A stretch of 63,992 nucleotides of DNA, counting the filler, from Thraustochytrium aureum (taxonomy: Eukaryota): NCBI GenBank assembly GCA_012862495.1. It is 5 parts of 4 records of this genome, joined end to end, with 100 filler letters (N's around TTAATTAATTAA, not from the genome) between each part and the next. Parts side by side here need not be neighbours in the genome. Positions count along the whole stretch, not along the records: positions 26,702 to 48,641 come from BLSG01000121.1; positions 48,742 to 60,585 come from BLSG01000122.1; 3 more parts are not named here. One strand, written 5' to 3'. How positions within the stretch are numbered: position 1 is the stretch's first letter; every line of letters begins with the position of its first letter. Shown piece after piece: positions 46,297 through 57,423 of this stretch. The notes under the pieces were generated by a model. The model saw nothing but the letters and a program-made list of their open reading frames with translations. It was not told where the DNA came from and did not search any database. The translations under genes were made by a program, and so were the position numbers.

Positions 46297-47213
46297 NNNN
46301 NNNNNNNNNNNNNNNNNNNNNNNNNNNNNNNNNNNNNNNNNNNNNNNNNNNNNNNNNNNNNNNNNNNNNNNNNNNNNNNNNNNNNNNNNNNNNNNNNNNN
46401 NNNNNNNNNNNNNNNNNNNNNNNNNNNNNNNNNNNNNNNNNNNNNNNNNNNNNNNNNNNNNNNNNNNNNNNNNNNNNNNNNNNNNNNNNNNNNNNNNNNN
46501 NNNNNNNNNNNNNNNNNNNNNNNNNNNNNNNNNNNNNNNNNNNNNNNNNNNNNNNNNNNNNNNNNNNNNNNNNNNNNNNNNNNNNNNNNNNNNNNNNNNN
46601 NNNNNNNNNNNNNNNNNNNNNNNNNNNNNNNNNNNNNNNNNNNNNNNNNNNNNNNNNNNNNNNNNNNNNNNNNNNNNNNNNNNNNNNNNNNNNNNNNNNN
46701 NNNNNNNNNNNNNNNNNNNNNNNNNNNNNNNNNNNNNNNNNNNNNNNNNNNNNNNNNNNNNNNNNNNNNNNNNNNNNNNNNNNNNNNNNNNNNNNNNNNN
46801 NNNNNNNNNNNNNNNNNNNNNNNNNNNNNNNNNNNNNNNNNNNNNNNNNNNNNNNNNNNNNNNNNNNNNNNNNNNNNNNNNNNNNNNNNNNNNNNNNNNN
46901 NNNNNNNNNNNNNNNNNNNNNNNNNNNNNNNNNNNNNNNNNNNNNNNNNNNNNNNNNNNNNNNNNNNNNNNNNNNNNNNNNNNNNNNNNNNNNNNNNNNN
47001 NNNNNNNNNNNNNNNNNNNNNNNNNNNNNNNNNNNNNNNNNNNNNNNNNNNNNNNNNNNNNNNNNNNNNNNNNNNNNNNNNNNNNNNNNNNNNNNNNNNN
47101 NNNNNNNNNNNNNNNNNNNNNNNNNNNNNNNNNNNNNNNNNNNNNNNNNNNNNNNNNNNNNNNNNNNNNNCCTTCCAGCTCAATAACACTTACGGCATAT
47201 CTCCCAAGCGGCC

Positions 47214-47615
47214 TCAAGGCCTTGCAGCAGCGCGTCTGCCTGGCTGCCGGGCTGCTGGCGGCTTGGCCTTCGCCTGCCTGGCCGCTTGCCGGAATGGAGG
47301 ATTTTCTGCAACGGATACATGCCGCGAACAAGAACAAGGGGAGCCGGAGTTTGCGGGAAAAGCCGACAAGAACCCTTGTCGAACAGCCCACAGCAAGCAC
47401 CGAGTACCTCCTCCGCCTTGATCCTGCTTATTACAGCCCGGAGTCTTGCAGACGCGCACAGCGGCGCCATGCGTACGGCACAGTTTCGATGTACCGTGTT
47501 GTTTCTTTTGGCACCCGTCTGTGACACAGAGCCTCGCTTGCGCGCCATGTTTTCTGCAGTACTTGCTGCTGAACTGCTGGTGCTTGGTGCAACCATCGCT
47601 CGAGTATCGCTTCAT
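47214..47615 (-). pseudogene. Decayed array of C-x4-C...C-x2-HG zinc fingers (WRKY19-like type common in stramenopiles)
   Basis: YSSDGCTKHQQFSSKYCRKHG, CVTDGCQKKQHGTSKLCRTHG, CKTPGCNKQDQGGG, then the frame decays. Confidence 0.65.
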
Positions 47616-47763
47616 TGTGGTTGGGGGTTTGGTGAAGTTCCAACACAGAAAACGGCATGGGCGAACCTTGGGCTCAAGGCGAGAGCAAACCTAGTAGGGA
47701 ATTGCTGCAATTTCGTTTGCGCCGTCCCTTGTCAATTGCGCCGCCTCATTTGCCTTGCCAGCC

Positions 47764-48600
47764 ATGAGCAGCAGACGGACCCGCAACGCGATGATGACAG
47801 CCTGGAAGAGCTCTACGTCGCGTAGAGTACCTCACTCTGGAGGACAAACAAGTGCGCCACCAAATCAGCCTGGACGATGCGGTGCGAATTCACCACGAAA
47901 TAGCCCAGAGACTCCCGACGCTTGTTGCAAGGAACTTCTTCATGGAGGCTTTCGCCTCTGCGGCCTTCTCGAGATTGACTGGCGTTGCTCTGTTCGACCC
48001 TGTCCCTGGACCAGACTCTGATCAAGCGCGGAACGGGGCCGTGTCACTTGCTTACTGCAGACGGCCCCCAGAACAAGCTCGAGTTGACCGCGAAGGCGCT
48101 GCAATGGACCTCCTTGATCTCTTTGGTGGCGAGCTCGAGCAGGGAGTCGTGGATGGCCAATTTCTTCTCGACGTATCATGCATGACTATTGAATGTAAGA
48201 GACCCGCTGAGAATGGCCTCCGTTGCTTGGTTCAGGGGTGCCGAGTTCTTTGATGTGCCAAACCTCGAACGGTCAAGGGGGTGTGTCACAAACATGCGAA
48301 GACAACGGCGCTCTGTGCAACGCCAGGTTGCGGTAAACGGCAACAGACCAATCGTCGGTGTAAACTGTCACACGTGCGCAGCGAGACCTCCCTGTCCGTG
48401 CTGCCTGGCCTATTCAAAGGTTGGCAATCAACTTCGAACACTACCTATGGGTACTAGGTAATCAATCACAGACCAATCGTCGGTGTAAACTGTCACACGT
48501 GCGCAGCGAGACCTCCCTGTCCGTGCTGCCTGGCCTATCAAAGGTTGGCAATCAACTTTCGAACAGCATGGGTACTCAATCACAAACCTTTCGTCTTCTT
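47764..48600 (+). pseudogene. Disrupted ORF ending in similar zinc-finger repeats; in-frame TGA at 48251 and internal ~124-bp duplication
   Basis: CRVL*CAKPRTVKGVCHKHA then LCATPGCGKRQQTNRRCKL; 48343-48455 is repeated at 48468-48576. Confidence 0.55.
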
Positions 48601-48641
48601 TCAACCATTCAACACGTTTGTCACGGACGTCTCGTGTCAAC

Positions 48642-48741
48642 NNNNNNNNNNNNNNNNNNNNNNNNNNNNNNNNNNNNNNNNNNNNTTAATTAATTAANNN
48701 NNNNNNNNNNNNNNNNNNNNNNNNNNNNNNNNNNNNNNNNN
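48642..48741. other. Artificial contig-joining spacer
   Basis: N44-TTAATTAATTAA-N44. Confidence 0.97.
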
Positions 48742-50254
48742 GCTGTGGTTATTGGTTGCCATCGACGAGCTCGGGTCTTGCCTCGTCCCCGTTGCTTCGC
48801 CGCCGAACGCACCGTGTTTGCCCTGCCCGGCGCGCAGCAGGACTGGCGCTCCGCGGCTTGCGCCCGCACTTTTGTACAGCGTAGCGACCTGCATGGTGAG
48901 CGACGTTGGTGTGGCGGACGATGGCCTTTGCCGCTTGCGGCCAGCCCCGATGTCGAGTCTTGGCTTGAGGGCGCCTTTCGTTTGTCGCGTAGACTCTTCC
49001 TTCCCCGGCCTCCCCAGTTTGGGTTTGTCAGGTCGCCGTGGAGACGCCATTGCCTCGCCGCGCGGGCTCAAGGCCGGTCTCGGTGCAGCGTTCATGAAGT
49101 AAGAGGTGATTGGTCGCGAGCCATTCGCGCGGCGGTCAGTGTGCGCCATCCACTCGGCCACAAGCGTGGCGAAGCTTGAGGCGGCAGTCTTCTCCCTTGC
49201 GCAGCGGCTGATACACCAGCTCACTCCCTCGTGCCGGACGGCTCCGCCACGCGCTTGTGCTGCGTTCGGGTTCGTGTCCGTCTTTCGCTCGCTCGTGGCA
49301 AAACGAAAATCTGGCGTTCAACGTGAAACGGATAAATCGTGGACCTGACGTGTCGCACTGCTCTCCGGCGGGATCTTCGCACCCTTCGTGATCGCGGCCA
49401 CTAAAGGCTGGGGCTCGCAGGCTTTGCCTGGTTATCTTGGGTTGTTTTGTCGAAGGGTTGCTTGGCGCAACAATCTCGATCCGCGGGCGATCGTCATCAG
49501 CATTGTAACGATCATCGCGCCGACATCCACCGCCCAACACTAAAGTACAAACCCCAGCGAGGTGCGCCGTGCGAGGAGGACAACGTCGCAGCCGCTGGTC
49601 TTCTTGTGGAGGATGCGCTTCTTACGATGTCGTTCGAGTGCCACTGGTCCCAGCACGACACGACCTCCAATTCTCACGAAAACGTTTCTGAAGATGGGAT
49701 TTCGATGGGATTTGATGAGCGCACGACGCAGGTTCGAGATCCGTCACGTTCAGCAGTGTGAGTGTTCGAGGAAAGCAGATGCCGCTTGACGCTCTGCCAT
49801 CCCCAAAACGTTATGCTTTTCCGTTTGAGATCCTGAGCTTCAATTTGGGCTTTCACCGCTAATGCGTTTGCGCAAGGCGCCCGGCCCGCCTATCAGTGCC
49901 ACCGTCTCATCTTCGCACGGCGAAGGCTGCGCTTGTGGCATCTGTCTCGCTCTTTCGCGATGAGCAAGCCCTCTAGGCACACCCTTGCGACACGCCTGGC
50001 AGGCGAGCTGTTTGGTAGGGCTGCTTCCAGGGTCATCACCACGATTTGCCGGCCGCGTTTTGGGTCGCTCCCGACCGCTTGCAAACAAGCAGCCAGGACC
50101 GCTTGCAAACAAGGGGCAACAAAGCGGGTTCCTCGACTCGGTCGTTCCTTTCTTCAACTACAAAGGGTCTCGCGGCGCGATCCGCGCCCTGCGCTCTCCG
50201 CCACCAAGCGGGGACTGTGCTGTTGTTCAAGAACATGCTTTAGAAGGTTGCCTT

Positions 50255-51906
50255 TTACGCGTTGGTCTTCTTCCCGTCGGGCTTGACGTCAAACCCATAG
50301 CGGTTGGCATAGTACTCGCCTTCTGCCTTCATTTTCTTGTCGACCTTCTTCTTGAATGTGGACTCGTCGCGCGTGATGCGCGAGATGATGCACTCAACCG
50401 TGAGATCCGAATCAGACTGGAGCTCCTTGAGGATGCCAAGCTCGCGGGCGGCGGCATAGTCTTGCTCGTTCTGGGCCTCCGGAAAAGCCGAATCGCTCAC
50501 GGTCCCTCTAACGACGACGTCGATGCCGAGGGAAGCGATCATTTCGCGCGTAATGTGCCAAGGCGCGTCGATGAGCACGTCGTTGACGTAGCGGCACGCA
50601 AGCACGCTGAGCAGGCGCTCGTTGAGGCCGAGGATCGGAAAGTTCTTGCCGCGCTTCTTGTTGACGATCGAGTCGCCGTGCACGCCGACGATCAGGTAGT
50701 CGCCGAGGGCGCGGGCGCGTTCCAGGATCTTGACGTGCCCGTAGTGGAACATGTCCCAAGCGCCGTCCACGTACACGATCTTGGCCCCCGGGGGCGGGTC
50801 GCGCGTGCCTGCCGAGAAGATGCGAAGCATGCGCGACGTGGTCAGAAAGCGCGAGGGACGGAAAAACGTTGCCCCGTCGGCAGGCACGACGGACGAGCCC
50901 TCCGAAACGTTGGAGGAGACCGAGTTGCTGCGCTTGCGTTCGCGCGAGACGAGGTCGGGCTTTTCGGAAATCGCCTTCTCGTGGTGGTCGCGGCTAAGGT
51001 AGAGCATTCGGCCGACAATGTCGGTTGTCGAGACGCCCTCTGTGCGCGGGATGGATCGGTAAATGCCGCGCTGCTTGGCGTCTTCGTAGACGTCCTTGCC
51101 GTCGACGATGCAGGGGTCGTCGCCATGCACGACGATGTCGATCTTGTACTTTTCGATGACCATGCTCAGGTACTCTGGGGTCATCACGTAGGGGGCGCCC
51201 GGCACGATCTCGTCGACCCACTTGCAGCCCTTGACGGCGGCGCAGCGCTCTTCGTCGTTCATCACGGGCGCGGTGCCCTTGCACTCCTTGATGCTCTCGT
51301 CGCTGTTGATTCCCACCACGAGGTACGTGCCCAGCGCGCGTCCTTGGCGGAAGGCGTTCATGTGGCCCTGAGCGAGAAGCGCAAGAGCGCGCGGTCAGTA
51401 CGACAGCACGCGAGAGATTGGCAGAACGAGCGGCGCACACCCGCGGCTCGCTGGCGCCCGAACAACTCCGCCGCCCGACAACTTACATAGTGCATCAGGT
51501 CGAACGCGCCATCCATCCACACTCGCACGGGCTTCTTGTTCCGGTCGTCGTCGTCTTCGTCCTCCGAGTCGAGGTCGTCCATCTGGCGCTCCAGCTCGGC
51601 GACCTTGCGCTCAGCCTCTGCGAGCTTGGAGGCCAGGACCTGCCGCCTCGCGCGGTGCCGCTTGCCGAAAAAAATGTAGTAGAGCGCCAGCGTCAGCACC
51701 ATGATCGACAGAGTGGCCAGAAGCTGGTCCTCGGTCGGGTAAGGCTCCTCGAGCCCGACCATTTTGAGCAGGTCGTGCAAATACCTGACCGCGCTCGACA
51801 TGGCCCGCGACTCGCGCACGGCCTGGTAGACGGGCTCCAGGCTGCTCTCTGCCCGAACGCGGTCCACGACCTTGCGCACAGCGCTCAGCTGCTCCTCCAG
51901 CCCCAT
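50255..51906 (-). CDS. PCYT2: Ethanolamine-phosphate cytidylyltransferase; exons 51906-51487 and 51367-50255
   Basis: Two CT domains: VRVWMDGAFDLMHY|GHMNAFRQ and VYVDGAWDMFHYGH, plus RTEGVSTTDIVGRML. The 119-nt GTAAGT...CAG intron (51368-51486) restores HxGH. Confidence 0.96.
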
Positions 51907-52493
51907 CCTCGAGACTCCTCGCGCGCCGCCCGCACTCGCCTACTTTCTCAGGCCTTCCGACGCACGTCCACACAACCAGGTCGCCCGAGCCGAAAGAGCT
52001 CGCCCCGCAGGTCCCGCAGCGGACGCGGCCCCGTGGCAAGCCGCACGCCCAGCTCGTTGCGCGGGTCCTGACGCACGCCCTGGCACACGCCGATCCCTGC
52101 TGCGCGCGCGCCGTCGCCCTCGTCGATCGAGGTCTGCACGTGGCCACTTGTGCTTNNNNNNNNNNNNNNNNNNNNNNNNNNNNNNNNNNNNNNNNNNNNN
52201 NNNNNNNNNNNNNNNNNNNNNNNNNNNNNNNNNNNNNNNNNNNNNNNNNNNNNNNNNNNNNNNNNNNNNNNNNNNNNNNNNNNNNNNNNNNNNNNNNNNN
52301 NNNNNNNNNNNNNNNNNNNNNNNNNNNNNNNNNNNNNNNNNNNNNNNNNNNNNNNNNNNNNNNNNNNNNNNNNNNNNNNNNNNNNNNNNNNNNNNNNNNN
52401 NNNNNNNNNNNNNNNNNNNNNNNNNNNNNNNNNNNNNNNNNNNNNNNNNNNNNNNNNNNNNNNNNNNNNNNNNNNNNNNNNNNNNNNNNNNNN

Positions 52494-54649
52494 CCAGCCC
52501 CGAAGACGAGCGGCATTGCAGATGGCGCAAACGGAGCAGCGCCGAGTCCGGCTTCAGCTGTTCCCGACGCAGCAGTTGGTGGCAACAACGCACCACCTGC
52601 GCCGAGCAGTGGCGCGAGCGTGGCCCCCCCACAGTCGTCGACGAGCGGAGCGGCTCCTGCAGCAGCAAGTGCGGCAGGGGGCCCACCACCCTCTGCGCAG
52701 CCACCTCCGCCGCCGCCGCCTCCGCCGCCCTCTGGCGCGGCCGCGGGCGCTGATGGGTCCATGCCAGCGCCCCAGTCGCTCAAGAGGAGTGCGTCAGCCA
52801 GCTCGCGAGACTCCAAGGGACCGAGCCTGATTCGCTCAAGCAGCTCGTCCTCCTCCTCAACTGCGACGAGCAAGAAAAAGGCCAAGACGCTGAATGCGGC
52901 CAAGAAGAAGGCAAAACTGACCAAGGACGAAGCGATCGGGTTTGTCGTGCCGTACTGCGACACGCGGTCCTTGGCGGCGCTCTCTATCGTAAACCGCAAG
53001 TTTAAAGAGACGGTCGTCGGCACGCGCGAGTGGAAGTACAAGGCGATGACGCTGGCCAAGGACCTCACGGGCCACATCGGGTCCGTCAACGTCCTGATTA
53101 AGGTGTCCGCGTATTTTGTGTTTAGTGGCTCGTCGGACGGCAAGATCAAGATCTGGGACATGCGGACGTTGATGTGCGAGCGCACGTTGAACGTCTCGCC
53201 GCTGCCGCAGCACAACGTGGGACACCAGCAGCCGGGTAGCGGGCCAGACAAGCCGCCGGCGCCCGCCGCGGCAGGAAAGACTGCCAGCGGGCGCAGCAAA
53301 AAGCCCTCGGCCAAGGCGGCCCTTGTTCACAACGAGGCGGACACGGCCGAGTCGGAGCAGACCAACGCCGTAACCAGCCTCGCAGTGCTCGACAAACTGC
53401 TTTTCATCGGCCTGGAGGACGGGATCTTGTTCATCCGCATGATCACCGACTCGAAGGACAACCGCACCGAAAACCAGAAGCTGCGCGCCCACAACGGAGC
53501 CGTGCGCGCCATCGCGGTGCACAGCAAGCAGGGCAAGATCTTCACCGGCGGCGCAGACAAGCGCATCAAGGTGTTCGACCCAAAGACGTTCAGGGAGGTG
53601 GCGGTCTTCGACAAGCACACTGACGTGGTGACCTGCCTGGAGATCTCGGGCTCTCGCCTGTTCAGCGGCGGGCAAGACGGCAAGCTTTTCGTGTGGAACA
53701 CGGGCACGCTAAAGTTCGAAAAGCAGCTCGAGCGCCCCGCACGGAGCGCCAGCAAGCCAGCATGGGCTGCATCACGGCCCTAACCTCGTACGAGAACAAG
53801 CTCTACTCGGCGTCCTGGGACTGCAACATCCGCATCTGGTGCTGCAAGAAGCTCACCCTGCTGCGCGCCGTCTTCATTTACCCCGCCGGCGTTGCGTGGA
53901 GCATGGCCGTCCGCCTGGTCAAAAACCAGCCCCCGCTTCTCGTCATTGGGGTCCGCGAGGGCGGAATCGAGCTGCGCTCCATCGACAAGGACAACACGCT
54001 CGCAAAGGTGTCGTGCCTGGACGAGGACCGCTGGTGCGCTACCCCTGATCGCCACTCTGAATGGATCACCTGTATTCTACCTCTGCAGGATGGGCGCATT
54101 GTTTCTGGTTGCGAAGACTGGTCTCTCAAGGTCTGGAACTACCGCTTTGCGCCGCCGCCAGCTCTGCCAGCCCCGCGAAGCGTTCCGCNNNNNNNNNNNN
54201 NNNNNNNNNNNNNNNNNNNNNNNNNNNNNNNNNNNNNNNNNNNNNNNNNNNNNNNNNNNNNNNNNNNNNNNNNNNNNNNNNNNNNNNNNNNNNNNNNNNN
54301 NNNNNNNNNNNNNNNNNNNNNNNNNNNNNNNNNNNNNNNNNNNNNNNNNNNNNNNNNNNNNNNNNNNNNNNNNNNNNNNNNNNNNNNNNNNNNNNNNNNN
54401 NNNNNNNNNNNNNNNNNNNNNNNNNNNNNNNNNNNNNNNNNNNNNNNNNNNNNNNNNNNNNNNNNNNNNNNNNNNNNNNNNNNNNNNNNNNNNNNNNNNN
54501 NNNNNNNNNNNNNNNNNNNNNNNNNNNNNNNNNNNNNNNNNNNNNNNNNNNNNNNNNNNNNNNNNNNNNNNNNNNNNNNNNNNNNNCACCAGCCAGGGCC
54601 AAGGTATCCGGGGCCTCAGCACCCCAACTACCCGCCGCAGCGATCGTGA
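52494..54649 (+). CDS. WD40-repeat protein with Pro/Ser-rich termini (possible degenerate F-box); frameshift ~53735; flanked and interrupted by gaps
   Basis: GH.GSV...FSGSSDGKIKIWD, AHNGAV...FTGGADKRIKVFD, FSGGQDGKLFVWN, YSASWDCNIRIW, VSGCEDWSLKVWN. Confidence 0.88.
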
Positions 54650-55050
54650 CGCGGTTTTGTGGGGACCTCGACGCGGTCCAGCGATGCTGCCCTGACTGAA
54701 TGAAACGCACTGACTTTCTGTTGCGGGCCCGCGCCGGGGCCCGAACATACACGCACGCCACGCATGGCCCCGCCCGAGCGGGGGTGGCCGCGCTGCTAGC
54801 CCATCTCCAACGCTTTTCTCTTGCGCACTTTGCTGCCTCCCTTTTGGCCAGGGGCTGCTCTCTTGCACGCAGCCCGCCTCTTGATCAAGTTGGATAATCA
54901 AGTTGGAGTGGCAGACCACCGCACCGACATGCGCACGGCGAGCCATTCGAAGCGGTGCTCTTTCTTCGATTTGCGCTCGCTCTAGCTAGCTAGAGCAGGC
55001 CTATCTATCAAACGTCAAGGGCGGCAGAGCTGCGCGCGCGTTGCGCACTC

Positions 55051-56106
55051 TCAATTCCCGACCACCGTGACCCGATCGGTGAGGTCGACAACCAACTTGC
55101 CTCGAAAGTCCGAGTGCCCGACGACGCGGACAAAGTCCTCCCGAGTTATGAACTCGCGGTTTGAGCTGGCCTCCTCGAAGGTTTGCGCCACAACGCGATC
55201 TAGAATCCCCTCGCTCTCAAGGTCCTTGATGCGGCGCGTATGCCGCTGCAAGAGCTCGCTGTCGACCTTGGACTTGCTCGCTTTGGCTTCGTCCTTGATA
55301 GACACCAACCGGGCCTGGTTGAACGCGATCCGTGATGCGACGTCCTTGCTGGCTTCGGCGCGGTCCTCCTCCTCCTCTCGTGCAGCAACCTCGGCGAGCT
55401 CGGTCGCGCTGCGCTTCAGCCGCGTTATCTCCTGCAGATACTGCTTGAGGTCGCCAGGGCTGATCTTGTCGTCGCCGTCAAAGTCGTGCAGCTTAAATGC
55501 GAGGAGCAGCTTCATTTCGCGGGAGCCTTTGGGCGAAAGATGCGACAGGGTGATCACAAACTCGCGAAAGTCTACAAAGCCGTCCTTGTCGGCCTCAAAC
55601 ATCTCGATGAGGCGGCTCTTCAGCGGGTTGTGATCAAGCTCTGGGAGCGACGCGAGGGAGTCCTTGGTTGCCCACTCTGAGCCGCCCGACAAGGCGTTGA
55701 ACCTCACCCTGAGGATCTTGATCTCGCGGTCGGAGAACACGCTCAGCATTTGAAAGTCTTCGATTTCCTCCGGCGTCAGGTCGCACTCGCCCAGATTGAC
55801 CGAGAGTTCGGCAGCTTTCGAGCTGCCGAAGAGCCCCCAGAAGGCGCCTTTCGCGCGCGCAACAAGTCCTGGCCGGTCCTTTCCTTCTGCCTCGTCCCGC
55901 CCATTCGCATCTCCCGCGATCGGTCCCCGCGCGCCGACGGCGGACTCCTCCCCATGTCCAGCGTCTGTTTGCGGCGGCGCTCCGGCGGCGTCAACGCCTG
56001 GCGCTGGAAGGCGCGTTTCGTCCTGGTCGAGTGTCGCGTCCTCTGCCGCCTCGGCGCTCTCGCGCGCACCGGGCTCGGGGATGACCCGTGCAGCCTGGCG
56101 AGCCAT
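55051..56106 (-). CDS. Calcineurin B / CHP / CIB-like EF-hand protein
   Basis: FS.REI..L..RF..L, LPEL..NPL..RL...F, DKDGFVDFREF, KL..AFKLHDFDGDDKIS..DL, IT.EDF.RVV. Confidence 0.88.
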   Translation of the reverse strand: MARQAARVIPEPGARESAEAAEDATLDQDETRLPAPGVDAAGAPPQTDAGHGEESAVGARGPIAGDANGRDEAEGKDRPGLVARAKGAFWGLFGSSKAAELSVNLGECDLTPEEIEDFQMLSVFSDREIKILRVRFNALSGGSEWATKDSLASLPELDHNPLKSRLIEMFEADKDGFVDFREFVITLSHLSPKGSREMKLLLAFKLHDFDGDDKISPGDLKQYLQEITRLKRSATELAEVAAREEEEDRAEASKDVASRIAFNQARLVSIKDEAKASKSKVDSELLQRHTRRIKDLESEGILDRVVAQTFEEASSNREFITREDFVRVVGHSDFRGKLVVDLTDRVTVVGN

Positions 56107-57342
56107 GTTGCCGCCGTGCTCGTCGCCGCCTCGCAACCCTCCTGTCCTGTGCCGTGCTCGCGGCGAGCGCGTCTTGGCGGGGCGGACACGTTGCCGTTAG
56201 AGCCGGTGGGCTGGAAGGCCCAGTTGAAGGCTCGACCAAGACCAGCCAAGCGTGCGCCAGGGCGGGCAAAGCCAAGCGTGCCCCAGGGCCGGCAGAGCTG
56301 CGCCCACGCGCGCGACTCGTTTGAAAGCGCAGGGTAAGGCCAGCCAGAGAGCGTGGAGCGCCGGCGTCCCACCGCGGCGGAGCAAGTCCAAGCGGCAAAC
56401 AACCCCGAGACCGCGCACTCTCGAGGGCTAGCGAGCGCTTCAGACACAGGCCGGCAAGTGTGCGCCAAGGCATCTCTATCTACGGCCGCACTCGCGCGTG
56501 TGTCGTCGTCGTCGCATCGGGCGCGCTGTTTGGACGCATCCCCGCATCGCCGTATCTCCTTTGAAGAATGAACAGAAACGAACAAAGAGCAAAAAAGAGC
56601 AATGACTGCCTGACGAACAGCAACGAGCAAAAATGAACCAGCAGAACAGCGCTGAGCAAGTGAACAAAGAAGACGAGAAATAAATGTGCGAGCTCTCAAG
56701 AGCTCTTGAGCGGGGCCTCTTGAGAGCTCCATCAAATACTCGCTCGTCGCGGCACNNNNNNNNNNNNNNNNNNNNNNNNNNNNNNNNNNNNNNNNNNNNN
56801 NNNNNNNNNNNNNNNNNNNNNNNNNNNNNNNNNNNNNNNNNNNNNNNNNNNNNNNNNNNNNNNNNNNNNNNNNNNNGGAGTGGTGCTACTAGTACTAGTA
56901 GTCGGCCCACTCAGGCTTGCCCTGCGCGGAGGTCACGCCTCCTGCGAGAGTGGAGAGTGTGGAGACAAACACCGATGCGCTTCGCTCCCAATCGCCTTCA
57001 AGAGATAACGGTGCAAGGCAGCCAAGCAGGCGCGCAGCTCAGGAGTCAGGCGCTCTGCGCAAGTCCGCGTCTCTCGCTCACACCTTTCGCGGCACTCTTG
57101 ACCTAGGTAAGTCTCACAGAAACGCAGTTTCCGCTGCCCGCCCCACTCTCCCCCCTGCCCCGGGCAAACCCCGCCTTCCGGCGAATCCTGCTCGGTTAGA
57201 TAGACAGGAAGCAAGGCGCAGCCCGCGCCGAGCGGAAGGTTAGGGTTTGCAAGGAAATTCCGGGGGGGGCGGCAGGGGGCGGAAAGGAGAGGATGCTCAG
57301 CGCAGCTGCAGAGCCGGAACGCGAGGCGCTCGCACGCGTGCT

Positions 57343-57402
57343 TGCGTGGCTGCGTGGCTGCGTGGCTGCGTGGCTGCGGGCCTGCGTGCGTGCGTGCGTG
57401 CG
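57343..57402. repeat. (GCGTGGCT)4 and (GCGT)n microsatellites 5' of protease gene
   Basis: Directly visible. Confidence 0.85.
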
Positions 57403-57423
57403 GGTTGTGCTTTTGGCGCGCTG

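Noticed and set aside
48251..48253. In-frame TGA as selenocysteine
   Set aside because: The position corresponds to Gly rather than Cys in the finger, and the surrounding sequence shows other decay.
48742..50250. Short ORFs on both strands after the linker (e.g. 48694..49224 minus)
   Set aside because: Low complexity with no recognisable motif. It may include a gene 5' end, but I cannot support a call.
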